A stretch of DNA of 62,730 nt, the filler included, from Sphacelaria rigidula (lineage: Eukaryota): assembly GCA_964200075.2 (NCBI GenBank). It is 5 parts of 5 records of this genome, joined end to end, with 100 filler letters (N's around TTAATTAATTAA, not from the genome) between each part and the next. Parts side by side here need not be neighbours in the genome. Positions count along the whole stretch, not along the records: positions 25,135 to 37,600 come from CAXNAA020003737.1; 4 more parts are not named here. One strand, given 5' to 3'. Both the position numbers and the translations under genes were made by a program. Below the pieces are notes generated by a model that searched no databases, was not told where the DNA came from, and saw nothing but the letters and a program-made list of their open reading frames with translations. This document shows, one piece after another, positions 26,566 to 37,700 of this stretch (its first letter is position 1; each line of letters starts with the position of its first letter).

Positions 26566-29500
26566 CTAGAAATGTTGGGATGTGTCGAACACATGGCGTC
26601 GACTCCCAGTCCCGTCATGTTGAAACACCCTCCAACATCCAACGCCGAGATGTTTTTGCCGGAGCGTACAACGTGTCCTAAGCTCTCATCCGTGAGTTTC
26701 CGGCAGTTGCGGAGAATTAGACGCTCCATCAACAAACACCGCTTCAACAATACCCCGATGGAATCATCCCGCAGATAGAAACACCCCGTTAAATCCACCG
26801 ACTTCGACGAAGGTGGAATATTGATGATGTTCAGGATGACGACGAAAACGCGGCACGTTTATCCCGTAACATCGTTTTTTCGGCAAGCAATTCCGTGCGC
26901 CGCAACAGTGGGAAAAGCCAGAACAAGGAAAAACGATAAAAAGAAACAGGGTTATTGAGGGGATCGTTTTGTAGTCGGGGGAGATGGAGACGGGGTAAAA
27001 AGTGGTGGGGGGTACAGTTAAGACATGAAACACACACACACATAAGATCCACAAGATCGCAGGCACAACGTACTTGCACGTTTTTCGCATTCCTTCTTCT
27101 TCTCTGTTCAGCCCCTTTTTTCTCCTTTCTTAACTTCGTTTCTTCTCAGCCCAGCCTGACAATCCCGTAACACTGGCCCAGTTCCTACCCACGGGATATA
27201 TCATACGTTCCGTGACACCCCAGCGAGTAACAAGCTGATGTCCGATCACCCACGCTGTCTTCGGTAAAGTGGACTGCACCCCCTGTGTGTGTATGTGTGT
27301 GTGTGTATGTGTGTTGTCATCTCATCTCTGCTGGACGTCAGTCTTCATCAGTCGTGGTCACACAAGAGGAAGGTCAACACAAGACTTTTTTTGCTGTTAT
27401 TTTATACATCGTTTTAGCACTCCACCTTTCTTCTGCGGTACTTACCTTAATGTTTACCGCTGCCAGCAAATTTCTTCCACGGTGTCAAGCCTTTAGCAAA
27501 TGCGGCAACAAACTGGGCGCGCCCGTCTCTTGCAGAGAGCATTCGTCTTCGAGAGTCCCGCGCTGATCAACACCGATAATCGCAAACGTTTTGTACCTTC
27601 CTGTCGAGTATCTCTGTCTTTTTACGAGCCTGACTGAAGGCATGCCCATCCACAACGAGACACTTCCCCCACAGAAGAACATGACTCACCCTCAGCTTGG
27701 TGCACCGCTTCGTAAGCGTGTCCTGGACGAATCTGCCCCCGATCTTCGACCCCACCAAGGAAATCGACACGAACGAGTTGTCCAGGAAGGCGGCCGGTGC
27801 GGGAAACGTCTCCACCTATCACACAATATTCAACCCCGAGGGCACGTTGATGAGGGAGGGCAAACATGCGCGGGAATTGACACCCGTATATATATCTAGC
27901 TCCTACCTCCAGTGATTGTCCTTCATCACTTCTTTTTTGTTCTCATTCTTGCCCCTTCTTCCGTCATTTTTCGTGTGCTGCATTAGTGCCTACCTACTAC
28001 GTCCACCTTTTTTTCCGATAAAAAAGTGTCTTTTTTTTTTAGACAGTGATGGCGCAGCTTCAAGATAGCTGAATCGCAACCCTGCTCCAAGAAATGACCT
28101 TGCTTTTCTTGCACGAGCTTCGGTCCATAGAGAGAGAGGGGGGGGGGGGGGGAGAGCCGTGGAAGGGATCTTCAAGGGTACATCTCGTCTCGGAACCGTT
28201 CGTAGTCCGGCGTGCCTATCGTCTACTGTTGCTTCTTTCTTCCTTGCTTGCATTTGATTCTTCTCTTTTTTTTCCCATGTCTTGCATATGTCGCTTCTTC
28301 TTGATTGATGTCTTTCATGCACAGTAGTAGCTCGGAAACCTTCCTTCAATTCAACGCTGATCTGCATATCCAAAGCGCTGTTGCGGTGATGGTTGAAAGA
28401 AAAACAAGCGCCGGACGCATAACAGTGATTCGTCTGAAAAATGACTTGCGTTTAGTGTACTTGATTCGTACCGTACAAATCAATCCTTGGGCCTTTGTTT
28501 TCACCGTTGCACCGCAGGTACAGTACGCGCACCGTGGAATATCGCGAAAAAATGCGTGGAGATTTTTTTGGGACCCGGGGTCAACTTTTTTTTTTCTGTC
28601 CATCAGATCAGGCCCCAGAAATCGTAGATTTGATACGTCGAACCAGCGATGATGCATCCGACCCCCTAAAAGAAGCTGTCTGTCCTCCTTCGACTCGAGT
28701 ATTGCACAGCGATAGTTTCCTGTTATTTTCCCCGCGGTGTCTTACGGTGTACATAGATATAGCTTGGCGAACACCATTGGATTCGTGACGGATCACTTCA
28801 TGAGACACCAGCGGTCAGTCAACGAACCAAAAGTAATCACGCACACCACTGTAGCTACTGTAGCCGGTTGCCCCGGTGGCTCAGTGGGTAACCTCGAATC
28901 CTTCTGACGGATAGGTCGTGGGTTCGAATCTCGGTGCAGCCACACGATCTGGGATTTTTCCTCACTTATTGCCCAAACAGTGGAGAGCGACTATGCCGTG
29001 CGTACACAAAATTCGACTTCACAGTCGACGAAGGAAAGAAATTGCTGAACCCCTCTCGCGATAAAAAATACGGCGAGCACCGCAGAGAAGGAAGGTGGAT
29101 TACAAAAGAAAAAAAAAAGCTCCGGCGTTGACCTTTCTCCTGTGTGATCCCGGCTGATGCGCCCACATATACCGAAAGGTGTAGACCGGCGTCCAGAATA
29201 GATAGGGTGACAAATCACATACACCAACACTCAACGCTACTTGTACTGCAGCGGAAAAATAAAAATACGTGGGGAAACATAGAACAGCCGATTTTGACAG
29301 GGTTGTGTTCTGTAGGGTATACGACGGGTTGACACTGGGGTATTTACAAAGGTATAAAAGAGGCATTTTAAATACCCCTCCGGACCGGACCGGACCGGAG
29401 TATTCGGAACAGGGCTCGATACCCCTGTCGAACCATATCAAGGTGGTTGATACACATTTCGGTATGGTGTAGTAAGCAAACCAACAGTCCTCCAAGCCGG

Positions 29501-30131
29501 GTATACCCTATATACCCTATAGGACACAACCTTGGATTCGGAGTATTTCACCACATATATCGTTCGTCTCATTCTCCTAAGTACAGCACGCGGCGGTCGG
29601 TATTAAAAGAGGTACTTGATGCATATCCAATCACCCTTCTTCGTTCTTCGCCATGAATAGAAATCCCTGCACGCTTTTTCGTGGGGGACTTCGAAGCATG
29701 GTGTAAATCTACCGAAGGCCACCAGACATGAGCGTAAACAATCAAGGAAAAAGACTGAAAGAACGCAGTACCTTTGGCATTGTTTTTTTTTTTGCTTTTG
29801 CTTCTTTTTTTTTTCAGCGTTGAGGCCGCTCGCTCATGATCCCAAACAAGACCCTGGAAAAAAAGTGGGAAGTTAGTGTTTTCTTTGACAACATTTCTCA
29901 ACAAAGACAGTTTCCGGGAATCGTTTCTCAGGAGACTTGAAGGGAAAAGCTTGGCGGATTTGTTTGTGTAGTTCGTGGCCGCACCATGCCCCTGCCGTCC
30001 TCCACCAGCTTGGTTATTATCCGCTGTCGCACTCGCACTGAGTCCACAGTCCTTCCGACCCCTGCCGTGCTCAGGTCTACGGATCGCCGTGCCAACTGCC
30101 GCGCTCGCTTCGAGAACAGCGCTCGGTCCAC
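26566..30131 (-). CDS. Leucine-rich repeat protein (FBXL/AMN1-like, cysteine-containing LRRs), partial; exons 30131-29985 (less sure), 27815-27690, 26801-26566
   Basis: KRCTKLR|SVDLTGCFYLRDDSIGVLLKRCLLMERLILRNCRKLTDESLGHVVRSGKNISALDVGGCFNMT fits the LRR-CC pattern. GT-AG junctions are phase-compatible. Both ends of the gene are unresolved. Confidence 0.78.
28864..29225 (+). mobile_element. tRNA-derived SINE
   Basis: Pol III A box TGGCTCAGTGG (28877) and B box GGTTCGAATC (28921) form a tRNA-like head. The ~290-bp body is shared with 11228-11550 and the 3' end with 50266-50325. Confidence 0.82.
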
Positions 30132-30616
30132 CTGCTCGAGAGCATGAGTACAAAACGATTTAGAGTCGCAGCGCCTCCCCCCTGCTCCGGAGTCTTTCTA
30201 CGATAACACCCCCCCCCCTGCAACTAGCCCAAAACTGTCACGAAGAAAATGGTCATACAGTGCCTGATGTTCGGTTTCAGGCTGTGCACGAAGCGCCTCA
30301 TATGGGCGATACTAGTGAAAACGAGGCCAAGCGTGGGAGTGTGGTCAATGATCACACGACCAAGGTAAGCAACAAATGAGAATCCTCCTTCCCCCCCTCC
30401 CTCCCAAGCAAGGATAACATATGTAAAAGCTTTTTGTGCAATGTATGGAAGAAACGTAATGAGCGCCGGAATGCTGAAGGTTTCTCTATTAGAAGTAAGA
30501 ACGGTGCTCCGTCTTGAAAGCGATGCGTGGTCAATCACCGGGTTTTCCTCATCTTCGTTACATACAAGTACGGCGCATTTGATTACGTTCGCTGTCACCC
30601 TCTACTCTCTAGTGTG

Positions 30617-31742
30617 CAAGGGTAGGTCGAGTACAGTATACTAAATACTCAGTATTTTTGAAGAGTCATACTTTTAGTACTCAAAGTTTGAGTAGAGTGT
30701 TTGAGGTCGTACTCGACCTACTCAATTATTCGAGTATAGAAATTTGAGATCATACTCAATCTACTCGAAATTTGAGTAGAGTATCGAGGTCACACTCAAG
30801 TGATACTCTGTGCTCAAGTATTACTGAGAGTGCTTACTCAAAATTTGAGTAGAGTATTTGAGATCGAACTCAACGTAATCAAAGTTTGAGTAGAGTATTA
30901 GAGGCCGTACTCAATGTACTCAAAATTTGAGTAGAGTACGGCTTCAAATGCTCCTTACTCAGAATTTGAGTAGATCGGGTACAACCTCAAATATTCTACT
31001 CAAATTTTGAGTAGATCGAGTACAACCTCAAATACTCTACTCAAATTTCGAGCAGGTCGAGTACGATTTTAAATACTCTTCTCAAAATTTGAGTAGGTTG
31101 AGTATGGCCTCAAACACTCTACTCAAATTTTGAGTAGGTTGAGTATGGTCTCAAATACTCTACTCAAATTCTGAGTAGATCGAGTACAACTTCAAATACT
31201 CTACTCAAATTTCGAGTAGGTCGAGTACGACTTCAAATGCTCTTCTCAAATTTTGAGTAGGTTGAGTACGACTTCAAATACTCTTCTCAAATTTTGAGTA
31301 GGTTGAGTATGGTCTCAAATACTCTACTCAAATTCTGAGTAGATCGAGTACGACCTCAAACACTCTACTCAGATTTTGAGTGAGCACTCTCAGCAATACT
31401 CGAGTATAGAACGTAACTTGGGTATGGTGAGTATCCCTGACAGTCGGCGACTTCGTGACGTCACTTCACAGATTATGTTGAATACATGGGCGAACGATGG
31501 CCACCAATTAGATGAGCGGTGTTCCATGACAACCAGCAAGGAGTGTGAGCGAATGATGGCCATAAAAAAAAAAAAACGTGCAGGTGAATGAACCTACCTG
31601 CCCCAGCGCCCCATCTCACCAGCCAGTTTAGTATGGAAACGACCATTTTTTCAAGGGTAGGTCGAGTACAGTATGTACTTTTGAGTACTCGAGTAAAATA
31701 CTCGAGTACTCAAAAGTACATACTCTACTCAACCCACCCTTG
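30617..31742. mobile_element. hAT-like non-autonomous DNA transposon with an internal ~39-bp palindromic repeat array
   Basis: TIRs caagggtaggtcgagta / tactcaacccacccttg; 8-bp TSD ctagtgtg at 30609-30616 and 31743-31750. Removing the element rejoins the LINE RT frame. Confidence 0.85.
30660..31410. repeat. Array of ~39-bp units with palindromic core TACTCAAATTTTGAGTA; orientation flips near 30950
   Basis: Roughly 17-18 degenerate units such as tcaaatactctactcaaattttgagtaggtcgagtacgact. Confidence 0.9.
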
Positions 31743-32252
31743 CTAGTGTGTGCCAGCGTCTTCTCAATCTGCGTCTGCAATCCTTCTGCGGTTTCTGATG
31801 TCCCCACGAAATCATCGGCGACCATTAACCAGAAACTCGTGCAGATGACAGCAGCTAAGAAAATACTTGAATGCTCAAAAACGACGAGTATTACAGCATT
31901 GAGAGCAGAATTGGGAATGTACCCACTTGAAACAGAAACATGAGAAAATTAAAATCGCAATTTAACGTGAGGAGCATGCCAAGAAGGAGATTGCCACACA
32001 TAGCTGATAGGGCTCTATGGAAGAAAGTGAAGGGCAGACTAAAATAAGGCAGGATAGCATAGTGGAGAAAGTCTGGAAGGATATAGGAGGAAACCAAGAC
32101 GAGATAATGTCCATAGGTGAATGTGGGGGGTATATGACAAAGGGAAGACGCATGGCAGAAATATTGGGAAAGGAAGCACCAAGACGGAAAGTAGACGATT
32201 AAGAGCACCTCAAGATATACGGGGGATTGAGAGAGGGGAGAGGGATGAAAAC

Positions 32253-32594
32253 TAGACTCGGAAATGGTACCCGTTATAACTGGCCATTATCATTATGATA
32301 GTATTAATGGCAATGGTCATATAAAAAAGTGTGGAATATGGTTTAAAACCATTGTTTATCGTTACCGGCTTAATAAGTAGTTACTGGCTACGTGTGCTAC
32401 ATACAGCCCTTGAAAATTGGTCCAATTTCAACGTAATTTTTAGCTCTAGCGAAGCCAAATCGTGCAAAAATGTGCCTCTGGCGCCCCCCCCCCTGCCAGG
32501 GGGGGCTTTATGCTCGCGGCTGCGTCGCTCGATCACCAAATCATCATGTATCATTAAACTGGTTGAAGGCTAGACAAACCATTTCCGAGCTCTA
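32253..32594. mobile_element. hAT-like MITE nested in the LINE 3' portion
   Basis: TIRs tagactcggaaatggt / accatttccgagctcta; 8-bp TSD atgaaaac at 32245-32252 and 32595-32602. Confidence 0.85.
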
Positions 32595-33749
32595 ATGAAA
32601 ACATATCGGCATGGCCCAATGGAATCCGCGAAAAAAATTAAATTGCGATTTCGGGTAGGGGACTTGGAACTACCAGAAAGGAGGAAGAGAGATACCAGCA
32701 GTCGAGTGGGAGAGGAATTAGATGTACAGAATCGCCCCTTGTGGCGAAGCAACAGAGAGTAAAACTCATGGAGTGGCACTAATATAACTATACAAAGAGG
32801 AACGGGACGCGTTGGAGGGAGATATCTCGAAAGTAAACGAATGTGGAATGAAATCGTTTGATACAGTAGACATTAGGGAGAAACGATCGCTATACTGGCA
32901 GATAGATGGTGGCCACAGACGGTGAAACATGAAGGGGATAAGATAAAAACGGTTTTGTGTAATGCATGAAGAGACGTACTGAGCGCCCAAATGTTGGAGG
33001 TGTCTGTTAGGAGTAGAAACGGTGTCCGTCTCAAAAGGGATGCATGGTCAATGGTCAAGCGACTAAGGTAAGCAACAAATGAGTAACTCCCCCTCCCCCC
33101 CCCGAAAGGCATTTCTCCGGCAATATCAACCCTCCATTCACTGTAAAATGACCTTTTGATATTCGATATTTGAAACATGTCACTGTGCGGCGTTTTGCGG
33201 CGGTGACTATTGTTGAAAAGTTGTTTTCCAACCCAAGCTCTCAAAGCTGCAGAGTCGTGCGAGTTTACATTTGTTTTCTCTTGTATGATCTTCAGTAGGC
33301 ACGTGGGCACAACGGCAGCCCCGGAACCGGACCGCCGACCCGGATGAGTTGTTAGGATAGCCCCACCCGCGGACCGGGTAAAAACGATGCTCAACCGCGA
33401 GCAGGTTCTTCGTATGTATGGTGACACGAACAAAGCAATGGGACACTCTCACTTGACAAATGCTTATATGTTTTGCATGTGGCACTTGAACTGGATTCCT
33501 GGGGATCCAGCCGTGGCCGAATGACAGACACAACCGAAATAAAAAAACAAAAACAAAATGGAAATATTCGCTGAAGGAAAATGAAGGAAAGAGAAAATAA
33601 GAACGGGCAAAAAAAGTAGACTAATAAAGAACATAGCACGGGGTGAAAAAACAAAATTCAGAACAAAACATAAGACAAAATATACTCCGGGGTATACATT
33701 TATTTATATATAGATATATATGTGCATGTGAAAGTACGTATACAAATGT

Positions 33750-33935
33750 GTCCCGACTTGACCGGTCTCCGCGAAAAACGCAAGTTCAGAGAAAAAAAAA
33801 TTGCGGGCACCGGAAAAACACGCAGCTGTGCTGGAACCGTCTTGACGAGTACAGCAAGGCATTCATTCCAGCGTCTCAAAATCCGCCTGCAATAGCGCTC
33901 TCTGTCAGAGCGTAAAACGACGAAGAAGCTCCAGA
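33750..33935. repeat. Dispersed repeat; related copies at ~57340-57445 (inverted) and ~57575-57670
   Basis: Shared core tgtgctggaacc.tct..acgagtac..(agcaaggcattc)..aaatccgcct. Confidence 0.6.
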
Positions 33936-34695
33936 CATGCACTGTACTGTTGTGACAGATGTTTACTCTTGTCTGCCATAAGATTTGGCCTTATAAGAAG
34001 TGTCTTTTATTTTAGTATCGCGTCTGTGTGAACTTTCCCGAGTCCAATTTAATTTCTAATTTGTTTCAATATACCTTATTTTGGGTAGTCAGCTTGTGAC
34101 CACAGAAGGCGTCCGCATCAGATACCCCGCACGCAGTGATTAATACTGTTACTACATCTGTCACATGAGCTCGATCTTTCAAACCCGTGATCATAGAGTG
34201 CAAGGGGCATATAGTACTGGGCGCCTGAACTATTTATTGTTCAGAGGGGTTTCTTCTCGCAACTACTCTTCGACAGAAGTCAAAGTGCTAGCGTAGGTAG
34301 ATTTTGGTATAATGAACAGATGATCCCCCCCCCCCCCCCCCCCAGTGCCCAAGTTAGTGTTGCTTGGTGTTATCGGGCGATAGGAGTAGATACCCCGTTT
34401 ATCAGGAGGGTGTTATTGACCGTGAAATACATTTTTTCGGCTCTAGTGCAACGAGTAGGTTGGATATCGAAAAAAAACGGTACATTTTTTCACATTACGA
34501 TCAGGACAGGCTTGATCGACCAAAAATACCGAAGAGTCAGAATCTGGGCTGAAACGTAGCAGGACCCCCAATGACCGATCAGCCCGTAAGTCACTCAATA
34601 TTGAGTACACATGATTTTTTTTCTTGGAATGTGCAGCGGATACAGGTATCTTCAAATCCTCAATGTGATGAGCGATGGCCAGCAAAAGAACCTAA

Positions 34696-35681
34696 GGCCA
34701 CTTCTTGTAGACTGAATAAAATCACTGAAAAAAGTTCGGGCGGACGACTTTTCTCGGTGACTGTCCTCAGAAAACTCAGTTTTCAAAACCCCACTCTATG
34801 ATCTATGGGAAAAAAAAAGTGGGAATTTTTACACCCGAAACCATCATCTAGCCTGCGTGCAGACTGTGGTGGTGATAATCATTTGCATTTTGTGCTTGTG
34901 CCACAGGCGGTAAACTAACACGCAATCCCGTCCCCCTACAGGATGGATGAGATGGCAACACACACAATAGCTAGTGGTGAAATAGAGATAGAAAATACGG
35001 GCATATCGACCTTTACTCAAGCCGACCGCCTCCTGGTACAGTAGTAGGGTCCCAAGCGGTGCAGTGTACAGCAGTACGTTTTGTACCATACCGCACACAA
35101 TAAACTCACGTGACAGTCAGAAGTGCGGTAGCAACCGTCTCCAGTACACAGAATGCTACAGAGTTCAAAAATCAGTGGCGGGTACGACGAGTATGAAACG
35201 AGACGAGCAGTCAACACAGCCAGTAGGGGCGACACAGTGCTATTTTACGGTAGTTACGCTGCCGGAGAAAAAGCTGTACTGTCTGTCCCTGGTCGTACGG
35301 TCACGAAGAGGATGTACGGAGTGCTGCAGCAGCTTGCTGCTACGGTGCTGTGCGTACACCATGCATAGCTACTCTGGCACTGACTGCACTACACTTGTAT
35401 GCGAGGAGTGTGTGATGGAGCACTGGCTGTATCATTGCGGGTGCGGTGTGCGAGGCGTGTGTGACAGGATGTCACTGTCCAGAGAGAGAGAAGTCTCCGG
35501 GAACTGACGGCTTTTTTCAAATACATTCGGAAAAAATTCGCTGTCTGGAAACGGCTGTCAGTTTTCAAAGACTTTTCTCACGAAAAATGGCCCTGTAAGG
35601 TCGCTTTCTGAAAAAAAGTCTCTGGGAACCGGCCAAAACGACTTTTTCTCAGTGACTTTCTTCAGTCTAAAAAAAGCGGCC
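34696..35681. mobile_element. Non-autonomous TIR element, possibly PIF/Harbinger-like
   Basis: Imperfect ~45-bp TIRs ggccacttcttgtagactgaataaaatcactgaaaaaagt / actttttctcagtgactttcttcagtctaaaaaaagcggcc; flanks are taa and tag. Confidence 0.6.
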
Positions 35682-36584
35682 TAGCAAAAACGCCAATCGC
35701 AGAGAAATGAAATATCGACAGTTCAGATGCCCAGTACTGTGTACCATCCATACCCATCACTCAAACAGCCCGCAGAGGAAGACGGCAAACGAAACATGTT
35801 CGTACACGAACAACACAGCACTGCGCAGATATTCGAAACGTTTTTGAATGTGAAGGCAACAACAACAAAGAAGACGGACGGGGGCGGTACGAGCTGGTCC
35901 AGGCTAAAAACGGGTTCAAGCCCTAAAAGCAATATCTCATCGACACAGACGAGTTGGGCCGTGATCCGCATATCGTATTTATCGTCTGATCAGGGGGAAC
36001 GTGCCCATTCACTCTCAAGTCTGGGGCATTTTTTTGTCGTTGATTAAACGACATGTAGAGCATTTTCCTATACCGTACGGAGGAAGCGCTAATATTCACG
36101 TCTATATAAAACCCCCAACTATATATACAGCGGATGATGTCGTTTTTTGGTGCGGGCTTCCCCTGGAGCACGGAAAAATGATCGATACCCTCACCCTTAC
36201 CTACAGTAACTCGTCGTATATCTCGAGAAATGGTGCAAATAATATCCTATACTGAAATCAATATGTTACGAGCAGAGGCACTAAATGCACCAAATCTCGA
36301 TTTCACCCCTCAGTTCTCGAGACTTGTGCTTTGAAATTTCGTATGGACAATCAGTGGTGTAATATTATGATGAAAGAAAAGCTTTTCAATTCTTTCTTTT
36401 TTTTTAGGGGAGTTTTAAGGGAAAATGGACACTGTTCTTGGACCTTAACTCAGTTTTTCAGCTTAATTTTTGTAATTGTAATCTGAAATTTAGCATGGAG
36501 AATCACAAAGGAATACCGAAAAAAAAAGAAAAGTACGAGCTGGTCCAGCCGAGAAGCGAATTTGTAGTCTGCAGGCCCATTCAT

Positions 36585-36826
36585 CGGCCAATATTTAGAG
36601 ATGGACCTTGGAATTTGGTATGGACAATTAATAGGGCATAATAAAAACAGATACCAGAGCACACAAGTTTTTTTTTTCATGAGTTCAGGGCATTGTACTG
36701 ATACCTGGAGGCTTATTATTGCCCTCAACTCATGAAAAAAAAAAAAGTGTGCACTGGTATTTGTTTTCATTGTGCCCTACTCATTGTCCATACCAAATTT
36801 CAGGGTCCAACTCTAAATGTTGGCCG
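36585..36826. repeat. ~240-bp imperfect palindrome (hairpin MITE-like)
   Basis: cggccaatatttagag..ggtatggacaat..tttcatgagttcagggca pairs with tgccctcaactcatgaaa..attgtccatacc..ctctaaatgttggccg. Confidence 0.8.
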
Positions 36827-37600
36827 GTCAACCCTTTTGGGACTGAAGCTCAGTAACAAGGGGTTCACTGCATTAGTAAATTAATGCTGAGCAAGTCTGG
36901 GAGTGACCTGCCCAGTCGCGGCGGGGCGGAATTTATCGATCACATCCGAATGACCAGTGGAGGGGGGCTGTCGCCGGGAGTGATGTCACTGCAAAGTTAG
37001 TGTGTGTACCCTGTCCCTGACACACAAAAAAGCCGTCGAAGCAAAAAAAAGCCCAAGTGGTCGGGGCTCGGATTCCCAATTTTCGTCATCAGTTACTTGC
37101 ATTTTAAATAGGTCCGACCTCCCATCCCCCGATTTTTTGGGGTCACCATCCTATCGTAAAACCTAGTTGATGACCCCAACACGTAGTGCTCGGAGGACAT
37201 TCGGGAATAAATGTACCCTACTATATAAGTGGTCATGTTCACAAGGCGACTGCTAGAGGCATGAGTTCTGCGTATCCCTATGTCGATGCGGTACAGGCGG
37301 CGGTGAGGTCGTATGTAACCGACGGGAACGAACAAGCTGTGTACAGGCAGCTGATCTCCGTCGCGGAGAACTGCCCAGAACATGTGTGGGAGTATGCAGC
37401 GGCAGCTCCTGCGATGCTGCATTCGAAGAGGCGTACTGTACTACTGTAGCTGCGGCGCAACGCCCATGCTGTACAAGGGAATTTACCGCTTGTAACAAAG
37501 AGGGAAAATCGAGGCCCACCCCGACCACAAAGGGCTGTGTGGCAAGGGGACGGGGACAATATCCAAGGCCGCAAGTGGCGGGCGGCGGTTGCCACATCCT

Positions 37601-37700
37601 NNNNNNNNNNNNNNNNNNNNNNNNNNNNNNNNNNNNNNNNNNNNTTAATTAATTAANNNNNNNNNNNNNNNNNNNNNNNNNNNNNNNNNNNNNNNNNNNN
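37601..37700. other. Artificial contig spacer
   Basis: N44-TTAATTAATTAA-N44. Confidence 0.98.

Larger units (their letters stand above)
30537..33103. mobile_element. Decayed LINE: inverted RT fragment (30537-30616 plus 31743-31825, minus strand) and 3' portion (31826-33103, plus strand) ending in a C-rich tail
   Basis: Minus strand, after removing the nested element: ADDFVGTSETAEGLQTQIEKTLAHT|RE*RVTANVIKCAVLV (RT xADD motif). Plus strand: VQMTAAKKILECSKTTSITALRAELGMYPL and LRFRVGDLELPERR. Confidence 0.78.

Noticed and set aside
28864..28945. Functional tRNA gene
   Set aside because: Stems are imperfect, no T-run terminator follows, and it continues into a body repeated elsewhere, so SINE is the better call.
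30660..31410. CRISPR array
   Set aside because: Units are palindromic but contiguous, with no unique spacers and no cas genes. The array lies inside a TIR/TSD-bounded element in eukaryotic DNA.
37261..37449. Small ORF MSSAYPYVDAVQAAVRSY...
   Set aside because: Looks coding-like, but has no recognisable motif or clear splice context and is close to the contig end.
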